NCBI GenBank assembly: GCA_014905635.1
Contig: CM026547.1
Span: 1,984,001-2,048,000 of the forward strand
Length of the DNA: 64,000 nucleotides
DNA from: Scenedesmus sp. PABB004
Lineage: Eukaryota
Reading direction: 5' to 3'
Shown piece after piece: positions 33,926 through 44,230 of the stretch (position 1 is its first letter; each line of letters starts with the position of its first letter). Under the pieces are notes generated by a model. That model saw only the letters and a list, made by a program, of their open reading frames with translations. It did no database searches and was not told where the DNA came from. The position numbers and the translations under genes were made by a program.

Positions 33926-35237
33926 CCATCAGCGCGCGGGCATCGACTACCACGAGGTCTTTGCGCCCGTCATCAAATACAGCTCCTTTCGCGCGCTCTG
34001 CGCGCTCGCCGCTGCCAACGACTGGGAACTGTACCACGTGGACATCAAGACGGCCTTCCTCAACGGCGACGTTGAAGAAGAGTTGTGGATGCAGCAGCCC
34101 CCTGGCTTTGAGCAGGGGCCGCCCGGCTTTGCCTGCAAACTGCGGCGCTCACTCTATGGCCTGAAGCAGGCGCCGCGCGCCTGGAACCAGCGCCTGCACG
34201 CAGAACTGCTGGCGATGGGCTTCACCCAGTCGGCAGCCGACCCTGCGGTCTACTTCATCCAACACGACAGCTCTTTCCTCATCTTGCTGGTGTACGTGGA
34301 CGACCTGCTGATCGCCACGCCGCGCACCGACCTGGTGCAGCGCTTCAACGCGCGCCTGCTCGCAGCGTTCGAGGGCCGCTGCCTCGGCCCCGTGACCTGC
34401 TTCCTGGGCATCCTGATCGAGCGCGACCGCGCGCGCCGCACCCTCAAGATCAGCCAGGCGCGGCTGATCAGCGCCATCCTGGAGAAGTTTGAGCTGAGCG
34501 ACGCGAAGCCCCGCGTGCTGCCGCTCAGCCCGGCGGCGCGCCTGAGCACCGCCGACGGCGACGCGCTCGACACCGCCAAGTTCAACTACTCTGCCCTGAT
34601 TGGCAGCATCATGTACCTGGCCATCTCCACGCGGCCGGACATCGCCTACACCGTGGGCTTGCTCTCCCGCTTCATGGCCAAGCCCACCACCGCGCACTGG
34701 GAGGCGGCGCGCAGCACGCTGCGCTACCTCTCCGGCACCGCAGATGTGGGCATCACCTACGCCGGCCCCGATCAGCACCTGGTCGGCTTCACCGACTCAG
34801 ACTACGCGGCGTGCATCGACACGCGCCGCTCGACCTGCGGGTAACTCTTCACGCTGGCCGGCGGGGCCATCTCCTGGTCAAGCAAGCGCCAGCCCACCGT
34901 CGCGGCCTCCACCACCGAGGCCGAGTATCTGGCGGCTGCAGCCGCGGTCAAGGAGGCGCTCTGGCTGCGCAACCTGCTGCGCGAGCTGGGGCTGCACATC
35001 AACACGGTGCACATCCACGCCGACAACCAGTCCGCGATCAAGCTCCTGCTCAACCCGATGAGCTCCTCGCGCTCGAAGCACATCGACGTCGCCTACCACT
35101 TTGCGCACGAGCGCGTCACGCGTGGCGAGGTCAACTTTAGCTACCTGCCCACCGGCGAGATGACCGCCGACGTGCTCACCAAGGCGCTGCCCGCGGCCAA
35201 GCTGCAGGTGTGCAGGGCGGGCATGGGGCTGGGCTGA
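33924..35237 (+). pseudogene. Second copia family RT-RNase H remnant with a premature stop
   Basis: FHQRAGIDYHEVFAPV, DIKTAFL, SLYGLKQAPRAW, YVDD; TAA at 34842-34844 where Tyr is expected; KHIDV, ADVLTK. Confidence 0.92.
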
Positions 35238-35410
35238 GCTGCTGCGCAGCCGCCGCATGTGTGGCATCTGAGCGGCTGCGCGCGAGCCGTGGGAGTTGAT
35301 AAAATACACAACAACATGCACCCCTCACCAACGTTAGTGCTACGCGTTGGGAGCTGCATTCTTGCGCATGCATGGCACCAACAGCCGCAACGGAGCAGTG
35401 CACGTGGGAG

Positions 35411-35757
35411 TGTTGTAGTTCAGCACTCTAGCTGATTTTTGCCCTGCTCCCTTGCACCTGGCTGCAGCCTGCTACAGCCGGCTGTAGCTTGCTACACCTG
35501 GCATCAGCCCCCGCGCACTGCTGCGCGCGCGCTGTCTCGCGAACAGCTCAACAGCCCGTGTGCTGTTGGAGCGCGCCGTGGCGCGCCGTGGCGCGCTGTA
35601 GCGCGCTGTAGCGCGCTGTAGCTGCTGTATGTAGCCCGTGGCGCTACAGCCAGCGCGCGCGCGCCCTACAAATAGGCGCCCCACTGCTTGGCGCTTGTAA
35701 CGGAGTCACGCCACACACCAACGGCCTCGCCACTGAGCAGCGAGCAGCAGCGCAACA
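35411..35757 (+). repeat. 3' LTR of the second copia element (unpaired in this window)
   Basis: TGTTG...CAACA termini, preceded by CGTGGGAG as in the first copia; contains TGTAA. Confidence 0.7.
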
Positions 35758-35950
35758 GTTGTTGGTTACACGGCGGGGCCCGGTACGCTCCGGGCGGTTG
35801 AACCACCGCCGCTTGCCGGGCCTGCTGCAGCCGCTGCGCGCGCTCGCGCTCGGCCACCGCCGCTTGTCGCTGCTGCTGCGCCTCGGGGGGAGGCCCGGTT
35901 GTTGTTTGTTGTTGTTGGTTACACGGCGGGGCCCGGTACACTCCGGGCGC
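35758..35950 (-). mobile_element. Two 3' ends of a third non-LTR family (TGTAAC plus (CAA)n tail)
   Basis: GTTGTTGGTTACACGGCGGGGCCCGGTAC(G/A)CTCCGGGCG at ~35758-35797 and ~35911-35949. Confidence 0.5.
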
Positions 35951-36371
35951 GTGAGCGTTCCACATCGGATCGCCTGGCGGGCCTGACCAACTCCCTCCCC
36001 GCCACCGCACGTGTCTGTGTCCTCCAAGTGCGACCAACCGAGCAGCCCGCAAGCGCGATCGCATGCTGGCAAGCCGGCGCAGGGCGTGTAGCGAGCATGG
36101 CGCGGCCCAGGCGCGCGCAACTCACCAGCAAACCCACATGCATGCCGCCCTCTGGTCTCGACCGCGCGCCGGAACGTGGCACAAGGCAGCAGAACCGCTG
36201 CGAGGGCCAACCCCCGCGCGCCCCCCGCCCCGCCGCCGCCCCCGCGACCGACGCCGCCTTCTCCCCCCACCCCGGCCACACGCACACCCAGCCCGGCGGT
36301 GCCCCGGGACTCCACACACACCGGCCTACAGAACTGGCAGCGGGGCAGCACCAAACACACACGCCCGCACA

Positions 36372-36507
36372 CACACAAAGAGCCTCACGCACCGGCCGGC
36401 GTGAGCGGCGCCGGGCACGGTGCAGAGGAAGGGGGTGCTGCGCCGCAAGCAGCGCAACACACCGTGGCGGGGTCGCGCAGCGCGCGACAAAACCCGCGGG
36501 GCAGGCC
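36372..36507. repeat. 136-bp direct repeat, copy 1 (partner 37887-38022)
   Basis: Near-identical by eye (one substitution seen). Confidence 0.9.
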
Positions 36508-36629
36508 CAGGTCGACGCCGCCGCCGCCTGAAGGTCATGCAGCCGGAGCGCATGCGCTCACGGCCGCCTGTCGCTGCCGCCGCGCCTCGGGGGAAGGCGC
36601 GGCATGCAGCCTGCCGAAGAGGCGCTGAC

Positions 36630-37600
36630 CAAGAAAAGAAAAGAAAAGATAGTTACACCACAGGCTCGCGCCCATTGGTCCCGCGCCCCTTAAGGACGGT
36701 GTCCCGCATCTTCCAGATGTCCATCACATAATCTGCCACAAAGTGAACAGCAAGCTGATCCTGCATCAGGTCACCAAGCAGATAACGCCGAGCCTGCTCC
36801 AGTGCTGCACACCGACTCGCCGCGCCGGTAACGGCAGCCCGAGGGGCCGCCGCACCAGCAGAGACGCTGCTGACGCTGACCGCCGCGCTGACATCATCAG
36901 CCCGAGGGGCCGCCGTATCAGCCGTGACGCCGCTATCGCTGATGCTGACCGCCGCGCCTGCGTCAGCAGCCCGAGGGGCCGCCGCGCTAGCCACGACGCC
37001 GGGGTCGCTGACGCTGCCGCTGCCGCCGCCGCCAACTCCAGCCTCCAGCTCCTGGCTGCCGCTAGCCGCCATCTCAACACCAGCCGCACGCAGGTGCGCA
37101 GCCAGCGCGCCAGCATGCGCGCCCCCGCCGCTGGCACGGAGGTCCGCAAGCAGCGCAACGAGGCGTGCAGGGCGGCCGGGCGCGCCGCACTCAAAGAGAA
37201 AGTGCGCGGCCGATTCGGGCGCGCGCGCAGCGCAGCAGGGGCAGCGCTCTCGCTCCGCCTGCTGCGCGATCGACTCCCCCCGGCGCGCGTGGCTGTGGGC
37301 AGCGCGCAGCGGGAGGCACTCCATGCGCAGGCGCATGAGCAGCTCCGCCGGCCGGCCGCGCCGCGGGCCGCCGGGGCTGCAGAGCCAGCCCAGGTAATCC
37401 CGGGCGCACGGCACGCCGGCGCGGCGCGTGAAGGAGCGAGTAGAGAAGACGCCGCTGCCAAAGGCCTCCCGGTAGCGCCGCGCCACCGAGCCGCGGCCGG
37501 CGGCGGCCTCCCAGGCGCCATCGATGTGGTCGACCAACGGCCTCGGCGCCCTCCACGCGCCTGGGTGGCGCAGCCTCCTGCGCGTCCGCCTCCGTCTTGG
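36630..37600 (-). mobile_element. LINE family B (RTEX-like) 5'-truncated copy; 5' boundary uncertain
   Basis: ORF2 C-terminus MRLRMECLPL...ERCPCC...ESAAHFLFEC (CCHC finger); stop overlaps TGTAA; (TCTTT)n tail. Confidence 0.75.
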
Positions 37601-37886
37601 TCTCGAGGCTGTCACTGCTGGGGATGGCCAGGCCGCCGGCGGGGCCCCACCACCACGGCCGCTGCGACGCTGCCGCTGCAGCCGCCGCCGCCGCCGCTGC
37701 CGGCGACGCTGTCCCTGTCGCTGCCGCTGCCGCCGCCGCCGCCGCCGGCGACGCTGCCGCCGCCGCCGCTGCCGGCCCAGCCAGGCGGACCTACGCTCCA
37801 CACGCCTCAGCCGCGGTCGTGCGCCGGTGTGCCGGGCGGCGGCGCGGCCCCGCCGGCTTCGCGGCCCCGCCGGCGCCGCCGCACGC

Positions 37887-38022
37887 CACACAAAGAGCCT
37901 CTCGCACCGGCCGGCGTGAGCGGCGCCGGGCACGGTGCAGAGGAAGGGGGTGCTGCGCCGCAAGCAGCGCAACACACCGTGGCGGGGTCGCGCAGCGCGC
38001 GACAAAACCCGCGGGGCAGGCC
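37887..38022. repeat. 136-bp direct repeat, copy 2
   Basis: Matches 36372-36507. Confidence 0.9.
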
Positions 38023-38062
38023 AGGTTGTTATTATTATTATTATTGTTGGTTGTTGTTGTTG

Positions 38063-38767
38063 GTTTTAAATTTGATTTCAATTTTACTCCCGTGCATCCA
38101 GGGTTTTCGGCAATGGGCGAGAACACGTCCTGCAAGTCAAGAGTGCCTTCTGAGGTTTGCATTATATGATGAATGAATTACCTGAATTGCGCATGTCTCG
38201 CCCTATTAGCTCAGTTGGTTAGAGCGTGGTGCTAATAACGCCAAGGTCATCCGTTCGAGCCGGGTATGGGGCAAGCGTTTTGCCTGGTGCATCTCTTCGT
38301 CCGACCTCGCGCGCCCCCCCAGACTGCTGCCCGCGCCCCGCCCGACGCGTGCGCGGGCCGCCGGGTCGCCCGCCCGCCGCTGCTGCCGCCGGCGCGCGCT
38401 TGTTGCAGCAAGATCGCGCCCCCGCCCCGCTGTACCCCTCTCCGGCACGCCAGGCACGCTCACGCTCTCCAACCGGCGGCGCGTGAGGCAGCGGGGCCGG
38501 CAGGCCGCGGATGCGGCACCTCCACGGCGCCGCCGGTGCGCTGCTGGCCCACGCCCGGCAGCGCGGCCTGCACACCTCCAGTCGTCCACCGGCGTTCGTG
38601 TTTGACATCGACGGCGTGCTCCTGCGCGGACGCGAGCCGCTGCCGACCGCGCGCGAGGCCGTCGCGCGGGTGCGAGCCGCGCCGCTGCCGCCGCAGCGCC
38701 GGGGCGGGCGGCTGCATGCCAGCAACGCCAGCCCGCGCGCCGCTGCTGCCGCCGCTGCGCCTGGCGC
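38063..38767 (+). repeat. Right arm of the inverted duplication (attached to the intact HAD gene)
   Basis: Reverse complement of 684-1375. Confidence 0.95.
38200..38273 (+). tRNA. tRNA-Ile (anticodon AAT)
   Basis: Same sequence as 1165-1238; TTTT at 38278-38281. Confidence 0.97.
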
Positions 38768-40282
38768 TGCTCGAGGGCCTCCCAGGGCTGCCGTCGCCGC
38801 CCAGGGCGGGCTTCGGCCGCCTCCCAGCCCCCCCCCCCTTCCCGCGCTGCGCCGCCGCCGCGCGCAGCTTTGCCCGCACGGCACGTGGTCGCTGCCAGTG
38901 TGCTTCCTGACCAATGGAGGTGGCGTCCCCGAGGCGGACAAGGCGGCGCAGCTGAGCTCGCTGCTGGGCGTGCCGGTGAGCGAGGGCCAGGTCGTGCTGT
39001 CGCACACGCCGATGCGCGCGCTCGCGGGCCGCCTCGGGCAGGCGCCGGTGCTGGTGGTGGGCCGCGGCGACTGCGCGCGCGTGGCTCGGGGCTACGGCTT
39101 CACCAAGGTCCTCACCACGGCAGAGCTCGCCGCGGCGCTGCCGCCGGGGGCGCTGCCCTTTGCGCCGGCCCCGCCCGCGCCAGGTGGGCGCGCGAGAGAG
39201 AAAGTCGCTTGCGCGGCTGCGCCGCGCCGCGGCGACAGCGCTGAGGTGGTGCCCGCCTGCCCGCCCGCCCGCTCGCGGCGCGGCCGGGCCGCAGCCGCCC
39301 GCGGCGGCGTGTGTCCGGTGAGGGAGCTGGGCTGGGGCAGCAAGGCGGCGCCGCTGGCCGCGGTGCTCGTCATGGCCGACAGCGCCGACTGGTACCGTGA
39401 CCTGCAGCTCCTTGTTGACGTCATCAGCGGCCACGGCGTGCCCACGCGCCAGCAGCCACTGCCGGGTGCGCCCAGAGCGGTCGGAGACCGTTTCCGGCGC
39501 CACGCAGGGGCGCGGCCCGGCGACCAGCGCCCCTGCTGCACCGAGCGCAGCGCCTGCGCTGCCCGCGCGTGCAGGTTCGCGTGGCGTCGAGGTGTTTTTC
39601 TCAAACCCAGACCTGCTGTGGGCGGCGGAGTACAGGTCCGGCTGCGAGCGGCACGGGGGCCGCCGAGGCTGGGGTTGGGCCCAGCTCGACGGGCCCCGCA
39701 ACCACCGCCGTGTTCCGCCCTGCCGCAGCCGGCCGAGGCTCGGGCAAGGCGCCTTTTCGACGGCGCTGACTGCGCTGCTGGCGCGGCTGGGCGTGGCGCT
39801 GGACGCAACGTTCTTCGGCAAGCCCCACGCCGAGCCATACAGGTACCAGCGCGCCGCGCAACGCCGCGCCCCGCGGCGGGGCAGGCCGCGCCCGGGCTCG
39901 CTGCGAGCGCGCCGCCTGCCGCACACCGCCCGCGCGCGCCTGGCCGCGCGAGGGCAGGCTGGCCGAGGCGCTGCTCGCGCAGCAGGCGGTCGAGCTGGGC
40001 CTGGCGCGCGCCGCTGACGCGGAGGCCGCGCTGGCGGGCGGCGGTGGCGCTGGCGGGCTGTTTCGGGCCATCTTTGCGGTGGGCGACAACCCTGCCGCCG
40101 ACACGCGCGGCGCCAACCAGGCGGGTGCGCCGTGGGTGTCGGTGCTCGTGCGGACGGGCGTGCACGAAGGGCCGGGCAACTGCGACCATAATCCGGCACA
40201 CGTGTTGGTGCAAGACGTGCTGGCGGCGGTCGAGGCGGGGCTGCACCGCGCGCGCAGCATGCGGTGGCACAGCCTGCGCTGA
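38511..40282 (+). CDS. HDHD5: HAD-superfamily IIA hydrolase, HDHD5/CECR5-like, multi-exon
   Basis: FDIDGVL, FLTNGGG, LSHTPM, FFSNPDLLWAAEY, PRLGQGAF, FGKP, VGDNPAADTRGAN, SVLVRTGV spread over GT-AG exons. Confidence 0.88.
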
Positions 40283-40368
40283 CGGCGCGTGGGTTAAACG
40301 CTTTAACCGAGCCCACAGCGCGCGTCACCGCGCGCGGCCTCGCCACGCCCCGACCGGGTGCGCTCAGC

Positions 40369-42091
40369 TCACTGCGCGGCGCCGCGGGCAGCCGCCAGCT
40401 TGAGGTTGCCGCCAACGCCGCGACGGGAGAGGCGCGGCGCCGCGGGCGGGCCGCCAGGCTGGAAGAGCGGCGAGAAGGGCGAGCCGCGGTGGCTGCGCGG
40501 CGGGTGGGCCGCGAGGTGGGCCGCGATCTCGACCTGCCGGACGGCAGGGCGGGCCTGCAGCGTGAGCGCGTCGCCCAAGGCGCGCGCGCAGCAGGGCCAG
40601 GAGCAGCTGCGCAGCGCGCGCCGCCACCACCCACCAGGCGGTCCACCAGCTGCTGGCGCTGCTCAAACCGCCAGCTGCGGTTGCGCAGCGCGGCGGCCAG
40701 GTACTTGCGCGCGGCAGCTGCCAGCACGCTGCCCGGCGGCAGCCCCGCCTCGAGGCGCGCTGCCAGGAAGGCTGCCTCGCTGGCGCTGCGGCCTGGGCCG
40801 GGGCGGGCGGCGCCGCCGGGCGCCGCTGCCGCCTCAGCCGCCTCCGCCTCGGCCAGCGCGGCGTCACAGTAGACCTGCATGCAGGGAGGCGCGGCGCCGA
40901 CAGTCGGCGGGGCGGGGGTGCGCCTGGCAGGGGCGCTGCGCCCAGAGTGCGCGGCGGCGCGGCGTGGCGCGGCCCTGCTCGCCTGCCACTCCAAGTCCGC
41001 CAGGCGCGGCTCGCCCTGGGCCGCGAGGTACTCATCCAGCAGGGGGCGCATGCCCTCCAGGAACGCCTGCCCGCCGCGCGCCGCCTCGGGCGCCGCCCAG
41101 GCCGGCGGTGCGTGCACCAGCTCCAGCTCCAGGGCAGCGTCAAACTCCATCTGGCGGCACCCCGCGCGCGGCGGCGCGCGGGCGTGAGGCGTGCGCGCCC
41201 CGTGCGTGCGCGCCCGCTCCGCGTCTGCGCGCGTGCGTCCCGGTGTGCGCCCTCCTGCCCGCACCTGCAGGTAGCGCTGCACCTCGCCGTCGTGGTGGAT
41301 GTCGGCCAGCACCTCGTACAGCCCCGCCTCGCCGGGCACGGCCGAGCCCCGCCGCGCCAGCAGGTCTGCGCTGTCTTGCTCGCCCAGCAGCTCCAGCAGG
41401 CCCTCGGCGGCGCCGCCAGCCCCATCGCCGCCGCCGCCGCCGCCGGCGGCCGCCCACACACTCGCGCTGTCGGCGCGAGCGCTGCCACCGCCCACCAGGC
41501 GCGGCAGCTCCACCTCCAGCGCGGCGAGCAGGGCCTGCAGCAGGCGCTGCTGCGCTGCCGCTGCGCTGGCAGCGTCAGCAAGACTGCAGGGCTGGTGCGT
41601 CTGCAGCAGGTCCAGCAGCGGCCCCGAGAGCACCCGCGGCAGGTCGTGCGCCAGCAGCGTGAGCCGCTGCGCGGCGGCCTGGCCGCTGCCGTCGCCGCCC
41701 GGCGCCAGCAGGGCCGCCAGGTCGCGTACGAGCGCCTCGGCAGTGGCCGTGCCGGGCGCGGGCGCCGGCGCGCCGCCTGCTGGCGCTGTCAGCGAGGGCA
41801 GCGACTTGGACAGCTCCGACACCTGGTGCTGCGGCACGCCTGCGGCCGTGCAGACCGGGCGGCGTCTCGGCTGGGGTGGCCCAGCCGAGGCCCCCGGCCC
41901 CGCGCGCGCAGCGGCGAGCGCTCTGTGCCGCCAAGCGCCGCCCCACCTGCCAGCACGAGCGGCGACGGCGGCGCGGCGCTGCTCGCAGCGGAGGCCGCCT
42001 CCTCCAGCTTGAAGCCCGCCGCCATGCACACCAGCGCGCTCTCAGCAGCCGCCAACTCGGCGGCTGCGGCGCCGTAGCTCTCGCTGGCCTG

Positions 42092-42122
<31 letters not shown>

Positions 42123-43944
42123 GGCGGCGGCGTTGGTATCGCGTTCCTGTTGGCAGGTGGGGCTGTGCTTGCAGCGGGCAGGCTGCGCCAGCTCAACCTG
42201 CTGCCCCCCCCCCCAAGCGCGCCCACCTGCGCCATCAGAAGTCGCTGCAGCTCCTCCGCGCCCGCGGCGCCGCCCGTGTGGGCCTTCCACGACAGCGCCG
42301 CGACGTCCTCCGGCTCCAGGCTGCCCAGCGGCAGCCGCCGCGCGGCCGCCTTGCGCAGCAACAGCCGGCCGCGTGCTTCCAGGGTCATGACCTGACTGCC
42401 CAGCCGCGACGCCTGGCCCGCCGACAGTGCCGCCACCTCGGCTGCGCTCAGGCTGGCCATCACCGCCAGGCAGCCGCGCGCGCCCGCCTCGGCGCGCCAC
42501 GCCGACAGCGCGGACGCCAGGCCCTGCGCATGGGCAGGGCGGGCGGCAATTGTGACCACCCCGGACGACGTCTTCGCGCGAGCCCTACCCCCCTCCCACA
42601 CACCCCCCGTCTGCGCCGCGCCGCCGCCTCACCTGCAGCTCTGGCTGCGCCTGCATCAGCTCCAGCAGCCCGCTGCTGCTGGCCTGCGCGAGCGCGCCGA
42701 GCGGCAGCTGCGCGCCCAGCGCCGCCAGCGCGGGCGCGGCGGCTGCCAGCTGCTGCTCCAGCGCCTCGCCCAGCTCCGGCGGCGGCAGCGCCACGCCGGT
42801 GAGGCGCGCCAGCAGCTCCGGCGCGCTCGGCGGGCCCCAGAGCTGCACGCCGCTGCGCCCCGTCGCCGCCGCGAGGCCGTGCATGGCGGCGAGCTGCCCC
42901 AGCAGGGCTGCCGCCTCGGCGTCGCCCGCTGCGGCCGCGAGGTCGGGTTCGCGCCCCGGCAGGAAGAGGCCGCGGCTGAGGCCCCGCAGTCCCGCGACGC
43001 CACGCAGCGCGCGGCGCAGCGCGCTCGCCTGCAAGCCCAGCACGCCCTGCACCCACGCCAGCTGCGCCGCAGCGGCGCCGGCGCAGGCCTCCAGGCCGTA
43101 CCCCAGCAGCGCGAGCTCGCCCGCCAGGCCCGGGCGGCGCGCCGCCGCGGCCGCCGCGAGCGCCCAGAAGTCGGGGTGCGCCGCCGCCTCGAGCGGGTGC
43201 GTCGCGGTGAGCAGGCCCACGCTGGCGACGGCCTCCGCCAGCACCGCCCTGGTCGGGGGCGCCGCGCCGCGCGCCGCCGCCGCGGCTGCGGCCGCCGCCG
43301 CCGCGGGCACCGCGTACTCCAGCACCGCGCCGCCCTCTAGCTCCGCGTCGTCGCGACACGCCAGCACCTGCGCCGCGCCGCCCTCCGCCGCGCCCGCCAG
43401 CAGCGCGCCCAGCGGGCTGCTCCCGCTGCGCGCGCGCCACGCAAGGCCGCCGTCCAGCTTGGCCACCAGCGCGCGCAGCGTGGCGGCGGCGGCGGCCGCC
43501 TCGGCTGCCGCGGGGTGAGACGCCGTCCTGGCCAGCGCCCAGGCGGCCAGCGCCGCGTCCGACAGCCCCGCCGCCGCGAGGGAGTCCAGCTCCGCCGCGG
43601 GGATGCTCAGCGACCCAAGCACGTCCTGCGCCGGCAGCGCAGGTTGGCTGGCGGTGCAGCAGCAGCAGCAGCGGCAGGCACGCCGCTCGCACCCGCAGGA
43701 ACGGCAGCACCAGCGGGCCCCGCCACGGCGCGCCGGCCGTGGTGGTGGTGGCGCTGCCGCTCAGCGCCCGTCGCGGGGGCCGCGCGCCGCACGCCGCAGC
43801 GCTGCGATCGCCGTCGCCGAGGCCGCTGCTGCCATCGGCCGCTGCCCGCCCAGGTCCCGGCGCGCCATGGCTCCCAGCCGCCGCGTGCAGGGCCGCCAGC
43901 AACGGCGGACCCGGCGCGCGCCGGCCGCCCACGAGCAGCAGCAT
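40369..43944 (-). CDS. Multi-exon Ala/Leu-rich hypothetical protein; start uncertain
   Basis: Successive coding-like segments (42632-43628, 42228-42460, 41272-41825, 40983-41150, 40634-40874, 40369-40533) bounded by splice-like sites; no recognised domain. Confidence 0.6.
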
Positions 43945-44230
43945 CGCACAACCACTGCTGCTCGCGGCGCGCGTCGGGCGAGGCCAATTACACGATCTCA
44001 CCACCAGGTCGCGCCCGGTGGCGGCGCGAACCACGCAGGTCTGCGGATCCGGCGCACTGCGCCCTGCACCGCGGCGGCGCGCAAACGACAGCCGCACGCC
44101 GCCGCCCCGCAACACACCGCTCGCGAGCCCCCCGCCCCCGCGCCCGCGGCCCTCCGTCGTGGGCGCACCCGCGCCGCCCGCCAGCGCGCGGCGCCGCACA
44201 CAACAACGGCGACGGCGCCCGCGCGCCGCC

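Noticed and set aside
38160..38190. Box C/D-like ATGATGA...CTGA upstream of the tRNA
   Set aside because: The boxes are only about ten bases apart, too close for a snoRNA; more likely an AT-rich Pol III upstream region.
684..38767. Inverted arms as terminal inverted repeats of a giant DNA transposon or endogenous virus
   Set aside because: The arms consist of host tRNA and HAD gene sequence. No TSD, transposase, polymerase or capsid gene is seen.
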